The translations under genes were made by a program, and so were the position numbers. From Candidatus Poribacteria bacterium (GTDB taxonomy: Bacteria; Poribacteria; WGA-4E; PCPOR2b): a DNA stretch of 64,000 nt. Location: positions 160,001 through 224,000 of the forward strand of contig OZ244587.1 of NCBI GenBank assembly GCA_965218095.1. Reading direction: 5' to 3'. Below are positions 1 to 10,624 of this stretch, in pieces (positions within the stretch are counted from its first letter, which is position 1; the number at the start of each line of letters is the position of its first letter). The notes beneath the pieces were generated by a model. It worked only from the letters and a program-made list of their open reading frames with translations, searched no databases and was not told the DNA's origin.

Positions 1-929
1 TTAGACATCGCGGGGCTCGTAACATCCAGAAATAAATCCTCTAACCCGTATTCAGTTTTCTGGAAACGTAGAATCGTGACGCCCCCATGGATCAAATCCT
101 TCAGCAGGTTCGCAATCTCTGCCTCCTCCATCTGTGATTCAATCTGGATCCGCCTCTCCGTTACTTCCAGCGAAATGAGATCCGACCTTTCTTCGAGGAT
201 TGCTTGAGCCGCATCCATGCCCGACATAATCTCGATCTCCAGTCGGTGCTGATTTCCAAATCGGCGGGATATGTCGCCTACCTCCCCGAAAAACGCAAGT
301 CTGCCTTCATTCAGAATTCCAACGCGGTTACATGTTGTGGCCTTCACGTCTGCCAGATGATTTGTTGCCAGAATGATCGTTTTCCCCATTGCGCCAAGCT
401 CCTGGATTAACGCATCCATTTCGGTCTGCCCTCGCGCATCCAAGACCGAAATCGGCCCATCAAGCAACCAGATGAGCGGATCATGCAAAAAGGTTTTGGC
501 AAGACATAAGCGCCGTTTCTGTCCCAGCGAGAGGTGTTGGATTTTCTGCTCGCGCAAAGTTGTCAGATCCATCAGATCCAGAACATCCTGGATTGCTGCC
601 GAACGTTGCGTGCGTTCTAATTTGTATGCGGCGGCGAAAAACTCAAGATATTCCCAAACCGAGAGGTCGGGATAGCCATCGAAGGTTTCGGGGACGTAGC
701 CGATGAGCGGACGGATGGCATGAAGGTTGGCGATGGCATCGTATCCTGCGATTTCAATAGAACCAGAAGTCGGTTTAATCAGCGTCGCGATGAGCTTAAG
801 CAGGAGCGTCTTGCCTGAACCATTTGTACCCAACAGAGCGAGACGATCCCCTGCATCTAAATGAAAATTCAGATCTGTGAGAATCAGTTTCTGTTGAAAA
901 GATTTGCATAATCTTTGGACACGAATCAC
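1..929 (-). CDS. ABC transporter ATP-binding protein (3' end runs off window)
   Basis: Manual translation from GTG at 929 (not in the ORF track): Walker A GTNGSGKT, signature LSLGQKRR, Walker B variant WLLDGP, H-loop region ATNHL. Confidence 0.85.
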   Translation of the reverse strand, partial: MIRVQRLCKSFQQKLILTDLNFHLDAGDRLALLGTNGSGKTLLLKLIATLIKPTSGSIEIAGYDAIANLHAIRPLIGYVPETFDGYPDLSVWEYLEFFAAAYKLERTQRSAAIQDVLDLMDLTTLREQKIQHLSLGQKRRLCLAKTFLHDPLIWLLDGPISVLDARGQTEMDALIQELGAMGKTIILATNHLADVKATTCNRVGILNEGRLAFFGEVGDISRRFGNQHRLEIEIMSGMDAAQAILEERSDLISLEVTERRIQIESQMEEAEIANLLKDLIHGGVTILRFQKTEYGLEDLFLDVTSPAMS

Positions 930-965
930 GGTTTGAAAATCCTCAGGGTTAGTAAAAGAAGGCTT

Positions 966-1000
966 AACCTTTCAAAGGTTCAGAACCTTCTGAAAGGTTT
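966..1000. repeat. AACCTT..AAGGTT REP-like palindrome
   Basis: AACCTTTCAAAGGTTCAGAACCTTCTGAAAGGTT; related copies at ~4450, 25593, 38058, 49665. Confidence 0.65.
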
Positions 1001-1208
1001 ATTCACATTATAACATGCCGACCTCGATTTGAAAACCGGAATTCTGTTGGGGTTCCGGGGCAAAGTAACTGGTTTAGCAGCAAGATTCTTACAGGTGTTG
1101 CCTGCGGCAAATGGATGTGTTATAATCAGTACGAACAGGTGATGCAATTTGTATGGTTCTAATCCCTCAAGCACCAGCCAGCCTAGTTAATCTGAGGAAC
1201 AAATTACA

Positions 1209-2540
1209 ATGTCTACACATGGTAGAATTAGTCAACTGAGAACAGTTCTTTTGGAAAAAATACAACCGACGAGCATGTACTTCTACATCAACTTCGTCAT
1301 TCGGCTGGCAGTTCAGGTCTGGCGTCAACTTATCCATCATAAATGTCTCCAGCAAGCATCTTCATTGGCATTTACCACACTCATTTGCCTCGTCCCGCTA
1401 TCAGCAGTTGCTCTGTTCCTGCTGCAAAAACTCGGTGTAATTGAGGACTTCGTTGTCTATATCTGCAATAACTTCCTGCCGGGGTATCAAGCGGATGAGA
1501 TTGCATCAGGGATTTCTGGATTTGCCAAAGAGGCGCAAGGGAGTTTAGGCGCAGGAGGATTGCTGTTACTGCTGCTCATCTCAACAGCGCTGTTCAGCTC
1601 GGTGGAAAAAATCTTTAACGATATCTGGGACACCCGTAGACGGCTTTCCTTCTTCCAAAAATACGCAGTCTTCTATACGATCACCACAGTGGGCACGCTC
1701 TTGATGTGGTTTTCCATTTCAGTCTCCACGAATTGGCTATTTAAATATCTCCTGCCCTGGCTGTTTATGTATGCTGCCTTGTTATTGATATATAATGCTT
1801 TACCGAACACAGTTGTCCAGTGGAAATCAGCGCTGGTTGGCGCGTTGATTGCAGGCACGTTTTTCCAAAACGCGCGGGTAATTTTCGGATATTACCTTGC
1901 CAACATCGTCGGAAAGAACTACAGCATGATATATGGGGGTGCCCTGGCAATACCGATTCTGGCAGTCTGGATCTACATTGTGTGGGTAATTATTCTTCTC
2001 GGCGCAGAGATTACCCATGCCGTTCAACATCTGAAACATAGCAGATTCAGGCAGATAGGCGAAGGGCTAATCACACCAAACGTCAACGATGATAAGATTG
2101 TTTTTATGAACTCGATCTTAGTAATCAGGTTGTTTCTGACAGTTGCGGAACATTTTTATAAAGGCGAGGGGGCTTACCCAAAATCACAAATTATATTAAA
2201 ATACGGTCTTTCTGGTGATCTAATGAATCGAATCTTTACGCAATTCAGAGAGGAAGGGCTCATTTACGAGGTGGAAGGAAATACCAATGGATACATCCCG
2301 GCGCGTGCTTTGAGCGACATTACTTTGGATCAGGTCATCAGTGCTTTTGAGGGCAATATAGATGGGCTCACCCAGAATAGCGATGCGTTCTCTGAAGCTA
2401 CCGAACAGTTTTTGGATCAGGTTCGCACTGCACCTCAAGAGATTGCGCGAAGTCGAAGTATTGAGGAACTTGTTGCATCCACCGAACTAACGAAGATTTA
2501 TCGTGCTGAGAAACGAGACGATAAGACGGTAGGGATGTAA
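1209..2540 (+). CDS. YihY/BrkB family membrane protein with C-terminal Rrf2-like wHTH
   Basis: ASSLAFTTL..LVP, FNDIW, Y..IYG, WIYIVWVIILLGAE motifs; C-terminal GY.PAR....ITL..V. Confidence 0.85.
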   Translation: MSTHGRISQLRTVLLEKIQPTSMYFYINFVIRLAVQVWRQLIHHKCLQQASSLAFTTLICLVPLSAVALFLLQKLGVIEDFVVYICNNFLPGYQADEIASGISGFAKEAQGSLGAGGLLLLLLISTALFSSVEKIFNDIWDTRRRLSFFQKYAVFYTITTVGTLLMWFSISVSTNWLFKYLLPWLFMYAALLLIYNALPNTVVQWKSALVGALIAGTFFQNARVIFGYYLANIVGKNYSMIYGGALAIPILAVWIYIVWVIILLGAEITHAVQHLKHSRFRQIGEGLITPNVNDDKIVFMNSILVIRLFLTVAEHFYKGEGAYPKSQIILKYGLSGDLMNRIFTQFREEGLIYEVEGNTNGYIPARALSDITLDQVISAFEGNIDGLTQNSDAFSEATEQFLDQVRTAPQEIARSRSIEELVASTELTKIYRAEKRDDKTVGM

Positions 2541-2566
2541 GACAAGGAACCCATGAATTCACGCTC

Positions 2567-3154
2567 TTATTCGTCTGTTCGTTCACTTGCTTCAGGTTGT
2601 GGCATCGTACCGAACTTCACATTGGAAGCCTCCGCAGCATTCACAACCTCACGCACAATCTGCATTGTGAGATCCGCCAGGTTTTGTGCAAACACCTGGT
2701 TACTTTGCTTAGATTCTATCGAATCACGGTATCGTGTGCCGCGCCGTAGTTCAGCCAGCCGATGGTTGGCAATGCCAAGCGCGGTGGTAACGAGTTCGGC
2801 CGGCACATAAAGTGGCTCTGCCGAAGATATTTCTGTCACCGAACTAACAGGGTGGTCGGGTGTTGCTGTTTCGTCGAGGGAGTCGCCTGCCAAAAATGCC
2901 TCCTTGTGGGATTCTATTGATTCAAGGATCTGCTTGGCTGCTATATGTTCCGCCAACCGTTTAGATCCACGAATCGGATCTAGCGTCGTGTAGGTTGCCT
3001 CCCCATATTTAACAGTGACAACCCAACTCGGCTCGTTGGGCGTTCCCTCGTGAACCGTTTCGTACACTGGATTTCCTAGCGCACGTTTTTGGCAGTATTG
3101 TTGAAGTATGCCTTTATAGTTTTCAACCGTTGTGTTGATGACTGATTCTGACAT
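2567..3154 (-). CDS. Stand-alone double-stranded RNA-binding domain (dsRBD) protein
   Basis: N-terminal NYKGILQQYCQK...PVYE...GSKRLAEHIAAKQIL matches the dsRBD pattern; no RNase III catalytic domain. Confidence 0.75.
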   Translation of the reverse strand: MSESVINTTVENYKGILQQYCQKRALGNPVYETVHEGTPNEPSWVVTVKYGEATYTTLDPIRGSKRLAEHIAAKQILESIESHKEAFLAGDSLDETATPDHPVSSVTEISSAEPLYVPAELVTTALGIANHRLAELRRGTRYRDSIESKQSNQVFAQNLADLTMQIVREVVNAAEASNVKFGTMPQPEASERTDE

Positions 3155-3274
3155 TCAAACCTCCGGAGGAACAACTTTGATTCAAGTGCATTACTGAGTA
3201 GTGTATCAAAAATTGGGGGCAACGGCAAGGAATTTCCAGTTTGATTCGATTGGCGCGAAATTTAACAAGGAGGT

Positions 3275-4419
3275 GTGACTTTGGCAACACGAGAAGAACG
3301 TCGGGCATATCAGATGCGATTGAAGAAATTCAAGGAGGCAGCGGTGCGTAGCAATCTTGAGACCATGCGGGCAATTCTTGAGGAAGATTCCAAGGTTTTG
3401 GAGGAGGACACACCGATGCTGGATGCCTGTTTGTATGGTCAGCCGAAGGCAGTGAAATTCATGCTGGACCACGGCGCGCTTGCCGAGCCAGCGGGCGAGT
3501 ATGCGCCGCGGCGACCACTCATCCGGGCAATCGTCCGAACCAAATCGGTGTCGTGGACCCATGGCCACAGGCAGGTTGTCGAACTCTTGCTCAACCGCGA
3601 CGTGCACACGGGGCCAGAGCAGTCATGGAACGGGCAGACAGCCCTCAGCGCCGCGGCGTCGGTGGGCAACCGGGAAGCAATCGATATGCTGCTTGCCCGT
3701 AACCCAATAGTCGACATCTTCGATGCCGCCGCCCTCGCTGACAGCGACCGGGCCGATCAATTTCTCAGGGGAGATCCAGGACTAGCGAAAGCAAATTCAG
3801 CCGGTTATGCCACCGCCCTGCACTACTGTGCCTATTCGGCGCTCGGCGCTGATGATCCGGACGCGGCAAAACGACTCGCCAAGATCGCTGAAACGCTAAT
3901 TTCGCTTGGCTCGCCAATTGAGCCGGTCAAGGTGGAAGGCAACGTGACCTATTCCGCCCTGACGCTCGCGTGTCTTGTTGGCAATGAAGCCGTGGCTGGA
4001 GTTCTGCTGCAAAATGGAGCGGATGCCAACGAAGCGCTTGAACCGGCGCTCGGCCGACAGCATCTGAACATCCTTGATATGATGGTTAAGTACGCGGGCG
4101 AGCTCAACCTTAATCGCAGGACAGGCAATAAGCTGCGAAATCCACTTCTCAACGAACTGATTCGATGGGGCTCGCTCAAACCGCAGGTTGGTTGCTTGCT
4201 CAAGGTGTGAAGCCAACGGAGACTGATACGAATGGCTGGACGGCCTTGCACTACGCGTCCCGTCGTGGTGTAAACACAGACCTCCTTCAGGAACTGCTCA
4301 ATCACGGGACGGAAATCAACGCAAGAACCAAAGAGGACAAGACATCGCTTGGGATAGCGCGTGAACGCAAGAAACAGAAGATTGTCGCTTTCCTTGAAGA
4401 ATATGGCGCGACGGAATGA
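3275..4419 (+). pseudogene. Ankyrin-repeat protein, split by a frameshift near 4180
   Basis: Repeated GxTALxxAA motifs (GQTALSAAA, ATALHYCA, GWTALHYAS); ORFs 3275-4210 and 4165-4419 in different frames; AGGAGG RBS before GTG. Confidence 0.8.
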
Positions 4420-4749
4420 TTCTGGTATAAAAATCTTGCGAAGGAAAATCTTGCGAAGGTTTGAAACCTTCGCAGGGGTAATCTTCTTTAACTAGAAACT
4501 CCCCACGCATCGGCTCCAATCGAGTTTACCGAGGGGTTTACCAACTTTTCAGGCGCCGGCTGTGACATTCCAGTCAAAGTATATAATATTTATACGATGA
4601 GATCTATCCGCTGAAGACCTTACCTAAAGGGCAGGACAAACCCTATTCTGCTGTGAGGCGACGACAAGAAGCTTATTCCCAGGGGACGCCGCGAAAAATC
4701 GCTTGCCTCTGACACAACTTTCTGATACACTTTGATAATATGTTATACT

Positions 4750-4875
4750 TATACCGCAACAGGTTATGACTTACATCATCGGCGTCCTGTCCTGCATCTT
4801 GAATCTGGTACCCATCTAAGATGCAAGATTCAGGATTCAAGATACAAAAGCGTCATTATGCCCTTTTGCAGTATA
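4750..4875. mobile_element. Candidate MITE with TA ends, containing inverted heptamer repeats
   Basis: Imperfect terminal IRs TATACCGCAACAGG..TTATGAC / GTCATTA..CCTTTTGCAGTATA; internal GATGCAA/GATTCAA/GATACAA repeats. Confidence 0.45.
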
Positions 4876-4950
4876 TCACGACGTGCAAAATTAGACAAAT
4901 GAACACTGCCACGGGTTTAATCAAATTCCACTAACGCGAACAAAATTTAC

Positions 4951-5799
4951 ATGACGCTGAAGGAGATCCGCAATTATCTTGCTGGACGATTGCCCATCGA
5001 AAAAATCCCGTTAACCTGGGATGCAACCGGCTATACCTCCGAAGCCTTTAACCAATGGGTGAGTGATCCGACCTTTTCAGGATGGCCAGGCGAGCACCCC
5101 ACAGGAAAGGAAGTTCAAGTCATTGTCGAGCTCCTGAAGACTCGCCCCGGGGATTTTCTCCTGGATGTGGCTTGCGGCTACGGGCGGCATACCCTTCTGT
5201 TAGCAGATGAGTATCAACTGAAGGTCGCAGGAATTGATATGTCGCCGGGCCTCATCACCGCAGCGACACGATTTGCTAACGAGCAACAGTTGGACATTGT
5301 TTATGAAGTCAGGCATGGGGCAGACCTCCCCTGGCAGAATGAATTTGATAGCGCCATGATCGTGGATAGTTCATTCTCTCTTTTCTCACCGGAGGTCGCT
5401 CCGGTTGTTTTACGCGGTATCCATCGGGCCCTTTGCCCGACAGGTCGCCTTTTTCTAGATCTAGACAACAAGCCCTTCAACTGCCGGCATGGTGTCTCAG
5501 ACACGAATTGGCATACATGGCCTGGCGGTTTGACTTTGCGGGACATCTACTTTTATGAGGATAGTTCCGTGGAAGTCTGTCGCGATCTGATTTTGAAGCC
5601 GGATGTGAAAGAGGTAGACGAATTCATCATTTTCAAGCGCATCTATTCTCAGGCGGAAATTTTGAACCTGCTCTCATCCTGTGGCTTTCGAGTGGAGGGA
5701 GTCTATGGAGGCTGGGATCTATCGCCTTTGGAGCAGGGCAGTCCCAAGATGCTTTTAGTCGGTGAGAAAAGGATCCGTCCTCTTGTTCCCAAACTCTAG
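4951..5799 (+). CDS. Class I SAM-dependent methyltransferase
   Basis: LLDVACGYGRH motif I, GIDMS, C-terminal GF.V..VYG.W. Confidence 0.85.
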   Translation: MTLKEIRNYLAGRLPIEKIPLTWDATGYTSEAFNQWVSDPTFSGWPGEHPTGKEVQVIVELLKTRPGDFLLDVACGYGRHTLLLADEYQLKVAGIDMSPGLITAATRFANEQQLDIVYEVRHGADLPWQNEFDSAMIVDSSFSLFSPEVAPVVLRGIHRALCPTGRLFLDLDNKPFNCRHGVSDTNWHTWPGGLTLRDIYFYEDSSVEVCRDLILKPDVKEVDEFIIFKRIYSQAEILNLLSSCGFRVEGVYGGWDLSPLEQGSPKMLLVGEKRIRPLVPKL

Positions 5800-5911
5800 T
5801 CCCGATAGGATTGGCATCCAAAGCAACTTGGGAATGAGCCGATACCATGAATTCATTTACGTTTTATGCATTACGTTTTACGTTTCGTTTCACGAAAGGA
5901 GGTGAGATGAA

Positions 5912-6709
5912 ATGCCTGAAGGACAGCAAGAACAGCGAATTCTTGCCGTGTTTATTGATTTTGAGAACCTCGCTATCGGATTTGAAGAGAAACAAAAGGA
6001 ACGAAAGGGGCGCAACGGACAGTCGGATTTTGACGTTCAGAAGATTTTGGGGCGTCTGGTTGAAAAAGGGAATGTTGTTGTCAAAACAGCTTATGCTGAT
6101 TGGCACCGTTTCTTTAAGCACCGACAGCCACTCCACGAAGCAGGCATTGAGTTAATCGAGATTCCGAGGCGTTCAAGAGCCGGCAAGAATTCAGCGGATA
6201 TTCGGTTGTGCGTCGATGCCATCGATTTGTGCTATTCAAAGGAACATATCGATACTTTCGTCGTTATTTCGGGAGATAGTGACTTTGCACCACTCGTTTC
6301 CAAGCTCAAGGAAAACGGAAAGTATGTCATTGGGCTTGGCTTGAAAGAATCCACTTCAAATCTCTTGAGCGATAACTGCGACGAGTTTATCTACTACGAG
6401 GAACTTGAGAAAGACGAAACCACAGATCCGCGCGCGGAAAGGAATATCCCGAGGGAGTTACGGGATGTCTTTGATCTGCTATTCAGCACCATACGCGCAC
6501 TGATCCGTGAGAACCATGAAGTCTTGTGGTCTTCAATGATTAAAGATACGATGAAGCGGAAACGCCCTTCATTTAGCGAATCGTTATACGGATACAAATC
6601 CTTCAGCGAGCTCCTCGAAGATGCCCAACACAGGGGGTTTATTGTGTTGGAAAAGAACCTACGCAGCGGCACGTATGTAGTCGTCGGTTTTACGGAGAAG
6701 ATGAAGTAG
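5912..6709 (+). CDS. NYN (LabA/DUF88) domain ribonuclease with C-terminal OST-HTH/LOTUS domain
   Basis: FIDFEN, KNSADI, SGDSDF motifs; C-terminal FSESLYGYKSFSELLE. Confidence 0.9.
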   Translation: MPEGQQEQRILAVFIDFENLAIGFEEKQKERKGRNGQSDFDVQKILGRLVEKGNVVVKTAYADWHRFFKHRQPLHEAGIELIEIPRRSRAGKNSADIRLCVDAIDLCYSKEHIDTFVVISGDSDFAPLVSKLKENGKYVIGLGLKESTSNLLSDNCDEFIYYEELEKDETTDPRAERNIPRELRDVFDLLFSTIRALIRENHEVLWSSMIKDTMKRKRPSFSESLYGYKSFSELLEDAQHRGFIVLEKNLRSGTYVVVGFTEKMK

Positions 6710-6742
6710 CTGAACCTTAAAATGATTGAGGCAACCGCATAG

Positions 6743-8029
6743 TTGCTGTTTAATTCGACCATGAACTGTCCGCCAATACTTTCCAGAATATCACCTCGAA
6801 TCCGTTCCCTTTTGCGAGAGATTGGAGAGGTCAGGGCAGAAACTTTCCGGTCTGTCTGTATCATCGGGGGCTTTGTCCGCGATCGCCTCATCGGGCGTGA
6901 GGATTTAGACCTTGACATTGTATTGGAAGGGGATGCCATTGGATTTGCGCGTCAGCTTGCCGAGGCGTGGGGTGGTGAGGTACAGGCACATTGCAAATTC
7001 AGGACAGCAACAGTGACACGTCCTGACGGATTGAAGGTCGATTTTGTCAGTGCACGTACCGAAACTTATCCGTGTCCCGGTGCGTTACCATCGGTAAGAT
7101 ATGGTACAATCGAAGATGACCTCCGGCGGCGCGATTTCTCGATTAACGCCCTCGCCATCCAACTGAATCCCGACTTCTTTGGCGAGCTCGTTGATTGCAC
7201 GGACGGCCTACAGGACTTACGCGCCGGGCGCATTCGCGCGCTGCATGATCGGAGTTTCATTGACGATCCAACCCGGATCTTCCGGGCGATACGGTACGAG
7301 GGGCGTTACGGCTTTCAGATCGTCAAAGCCGATCAAGAGCGCATTCGTGATGCGATAGGCCAGAGCATCTTGGACCAAATCAGTGGACAGCGCATCCGAA
7401 ACGAAATCGACCGCATCCTGACGGAAGAAGCTGCACGGCAAATAATCCAGCGCATGCTCGAATTTGATCTCTTTCGCGTCATTCACCCGGTTTGGGAAAT
7501 CCCCCGGAATTTTGACGCGCTTTGGAACGCCGCTGGTCAAGCGATTGATTGGGTGGAAAGGCATCTCCCAAATGATCAGATCGATACGGAAGCAATACTC
7601 TGGATGACGTTGATGGGCGCGGCACACCATGTTCCTATATCTGCGATTGAAGCGATTAGCGATAGATTGGCATTGGAAAATCAGTTGCGGGCAAAGCTAA
7701 TCGCAACAGGACAATTGTGGTGTGCTTTAGACACGCTCTCAGCATCTTCCAAGTCGAGTGAAGTATATCAGTTATTAAACCTTTATCCACCGGAACCGCT
7801 CGCTTTTGCACTGATGCAGCCGAATCAACCCGATTGGCGCATGGAAGAGATCAGGAATTATCTGACACACTTGAGGGGCATTCAACCTTTAATCACCGGA
7901 GATGATCTGATCCAACTGGGCTTGAAGCCAGGCCGGGCATTTGCGGATGTGCTATGGAAGGCATTCGCTGCACAGTTAGATGGAAAGGTATCGACCAAAC
8001 AGGAAGCCTGCCAACATTTGGGGTATTAA
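6743..8029 (+). CDS. cca: CCA-adding tRNA nucleotidyltransferase (class II)
   Basis: GGFVRD, DLDIV, DL.RRDFSINA, DDPTRIFRA motifs; true start may be ATG 6761; CCA- versus A-adding specificity not resolved. Confidence 0.85.
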   Translation: MLFNSTMNCPPILSRISPRIRSLLREIGEVRAETFRSVCIIGGFVRDRLIGREDLDLDIVLEGDAIGFARQLAEAWGGEVQAHCKFRTATVTRPDGLKVDFVSARTETYPCPGALPSVRYGTIEDDLRRRDFSINALAIQLNPDFFGELVDCTDGLQDLRAGRIRALHDRSFIDDPTRIFRAIRYEGRYGFQIVKADQERIRDAIGQSILDQISGQRIRNEIDRILTEEAARQIIQRMLEFDLFRVIHPVWEIPRNFDALWNAAGQAIDWVERHLPNDQIDTEAILWMTLMGAAHHVPISAIEAISDRLALENQLRAKLIATGQLWCALDTLSASSKSSEVYQLLNLYPPEPLAFALMQPNQPDWRMEEIRNYLTHLRGIQPLITGDDLIQLGLKPGRAFADVLWKAFAAQLDGKVSTKQEACQHLGY

Positions 8030-8035
8030 AGTCTA

Positions 8036-8719
8036 ATGCACTTGGACCCATTTTTTGCAATCGTCACCGTTTCTCAATTTATCGTTTTACTCACTTTTCA
8101 TGAATGGGGGCATGCCAAATCTGCCAACATACTGGGCGATCCGACCGCCAAAGATGAAGGACGAATGTCGTTTAATCCCGCAGCACATATTGACCTAATC
8201 GGAACGATCATCCTGCCCTTGATTGGCACGCTATTTGGTGGAGGCTTTTTCGGTTGGGCAAAGCCTGTACCTGTGGATCCGCGCTATCTGAAAAATCCTA
8301 AACGGGATCTAATGATTATTGCCGCGGCGGGGCCGATCATGAATATTATCTGTACCATCGTCATCTTGGGGATCGTCAAGATCTTAGAGGTAACGATTGG
8401 ATTCCCTCAAAGCGGATCGGTCACACAATATCAAATCCGTCAAATCCTATTTATGCGGACCGCGATTATTAGTGTTTGGCTTGCAGTATTCAACATGCTT
8501 CCGTTGTTTCCACTCGATGGATTCAGCGTTGTACGTGGGCTTCTTCCTTGGAGACAGGCTCATGAATTTGAGAAACTACGTCCTTATGGTATGATGATTT
8601 TAATGGGAATCCTTTTTATACCGGGTCTGCTAAGAATTCCAAACCTTGTCTTTTTGGCGATGGGAAAGGTTGTGACCGTTATTTTCGCTACGATTGCAAT
8701 GCTGGTAGGTTTAAGATGA
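8036..8719 (+). CDS. Site-2 protease family (M50) membrane metalloprotease
   Basis: HEWGH, GWAKPVP, AGP, FNMLPLFPLDG. Confidence 0.9.
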   Translation: MHLDPFFAIVTVSQFIVLLTFHEWGHAKSANILGDPTAKDEGRMSFNPAAHIDLIGTIILPLIGTLFGGGFFGWAKPVPVDPRYLKNPKRDLMIIAAAGPIMNIICTIVILGIVKILEVTIGFPQSGSVTQYQIRQILFMRTAIISVWLAVFNMLPLFPLDGFSVVRGLLPWRQAHEFEKLRPYGMMILMGILFIPGLLRIPNLVFLAMGKVVTVIFATIAMLVGLR

Positions 8720-8775
8720 ATTTGGAGGGAATGTGGATTTAATAACAGATCGGAGTTAGAAGGGAAATCACAGAA

Positions 8776-9756
8776 ATGCAAAAAACACGCTTAGTGAGTG
8801 GGATTCGCCCAACGGGGCTGCTGCATATTGGGCATCTCGAAGGGATGTTGAAGAACACAGCAAGTCTGCAAAACAAATACGAGTGTTATCCGTTTATCGC
8901 GGATTGGCATTCGCTCACCGATGTGACTGACACATCGAACCTTTCCCAATACATATTGCAAGCAGCGATCGATTGGTTGAGCGCGGGGATCAATCCGGAC
9001 AAGAGCACCCTCTTCGTTCAATCGCACGTTCCCGAACATGCGGAGCTCTCCACCTTACTCACAATGGTTACGCCGGTGTCTTGGCTTGAACGGTGTCCAA
9101 CGTACAAAGACAAAATTCAAAACCTCAATCAACGCGAGGGACCTTCAACCGGCTTACTAGAATATCCGGTGTTGATGACGGCAGATGTGATTGTCTACAA
9201 GGCAGAGGTGGTAGCTGTTGGAGCGGATCAGGTTGCACACCTTGAAATCTCGCGGGAGATTGTTCGCCGATTCAACCATTTATTCGGGAAAGTTTTCCCA
9301 GAGCCGCAGCCGATGTTGACGGAAACCTCTGAGTTGCCAGGGCTTGATGGTCGCAAGATGAGTAAGAGCTATAGTAATGCTATTCAGTTGTCAGATCCAC
9401 CTCAGGCCACACAGACAAACATTATGAAGATGGTAACAGATCCGGGGCGTGTCCGTCGCACTGACCCCGGCGATCCCGATGTCTGCCCTGTTTTTGCATA
9501 CCATAAGGTCTACAATCTCGACGAGGCACCGCAGATTGATCAGGATTGTCGCTCCGCCGCGATCGGGTGTGTCAATTGTAAGCGGAATCTCAGCAATAAG
9601 CTGATCGCTGCCCTCGAACCGTTTTATGAAAAACGGGCTCAATGGGCATCAAAGCCGAAAGCGGTTCGTGAAGTCCTCGCGGAGGGAGCGAGCCGGGCCA
9701 AGGGAGTCGCTCAGGAAACAATGGCGGAAGTTCGATCCGCGATGAAGTTGGCGTAA
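8776..9756 (+). CDS. trpS: Tryptophan--tRNA ligase
   Basis: SGIRPTG.LHIGH, KMSKS, VGADQ. Confidence 0.97.
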   Translation: MQKTRLVSGIRPTGLLHIGHLEGMLKNTASLQNKYECYPFIADWHSLTDVTDTSNLSQYILQAAIDWLSAGINPDKSTLFVQSHVPEHAELSTLLTMVTPVSWLERCPTYKDKIQNLNQREGPSTGLLEYPVLMTADVIVYKAEVVAVGADQVAHLEISREIVRRFNHLFGKVFPEPQPMLTETSELPGLDGRKMSKSYSNAIQLSDPPQATQTNIMKMVTDPGRVRRTDPGDPDVCPVFAYHKVYNLDEAPQIDQDCRSAAIGCVNCKRNLSNKLIAALEPFYEKRAQWASKPKAVREVLAEGASRAKGVAQETMAEVRSAMKLA

Positions 9757-9824
9757 AACTTGACGCTAAAATAAAGGTACTGGCTGAAATATTCGCGCCA
9801 TAGAAAGGGAATAAGGTAGTCCGT

Positions 9825-10589
9825 ATGGGTCCTACAACCGCAACTGTGAATCCTCATCCCCCAAAAGCCATCTATGCAATCAAACTTGATGTCTTTGAAG
9901 GTCCCTTAGACCTGTTGCTCCATCTGATCCAAAAGAATGAGATGGAGATCACGGACATTCCAATCGCAGAGATTACCGAGCAGTATCTGGAATATCTCAA
10001 CTTCATGGAGATGCTAGATCTCGATGTTGCATCGGAATTCCTGGTCATGGCGGTAACATTGCTTCACCTCAAGTCCCAGAGTATTCTCCCTGCGGTGACC
10101 TCGGATGAATCCCAAACTTTCAAAGACCGGGAAGAACTGGTCAGACAGCTTTTGGAGTACAAGCAGTTTAAGGAAGCTGCCCAGGCGCTAGATTGCTACG
10201 CAACGAGCCGTGAGAAACTCTATGGCCGCAACGTCGACCCATACGCAGATGTAGAAGTAGAAGAATTGCGGGATGTGCAGATTAAAGCAACACTCTTCGA
10301 CCTCCTCTCCGCCTTCAAGCATGTAACCGAGCAACAATTTATAGTTGATGACTATTATGAGGAGATTCAGGAAGAACCGATCACCGTTGAGGAAAAGATG
10401 GAATTTTTGGAACGCAGACTTAGCGACGGCGAGCAGATTCGGTTCAACGACCTGTTTTCGGAGTTTGCAAACAAGCTGGAGCAAATCGTCACATTTTTAG
10501 CAGTCTTGGAGTTGATGCGCCTTCAGCAGGTCGTCACGGTGCAATCGGGCCACTTTGAGAACATTTATATCGTGAAGCGTGATGCGTAA
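9825..10589 (+). CDS. scpA: Segregation and condensation protein A
   Basis: FEGPLDLLLHLI and IVTFLAVLEL kleisin motifs. Confidence 0.95.
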   Translation: MGPTTATVNPHPPKAIYAIKLDVFEGPLDLLLHLIQKNEMEITDIPIAEITEQYLEYLNFMEMLDLDVASEFLVMAVTLLHLKSQSILPAVTSDESQTFKDREELVRQLLEYKQFKEAAQALDCYATSREKLYGRNVDPYADVEVEELRDVQIKATLFDLLSAFKHVTEQQFIVDDYYEEIQEEPITVEEKMEFLERRLSDGEQIRFNDLFSEFANKLEQIVTFLAVLELMRLQQVVTVQSGHFENIYIVKRDA

Positions 10590-10624
10590 AACGTGATATT
10601 TATCGCGTAAAGGCCGATCGTTCG

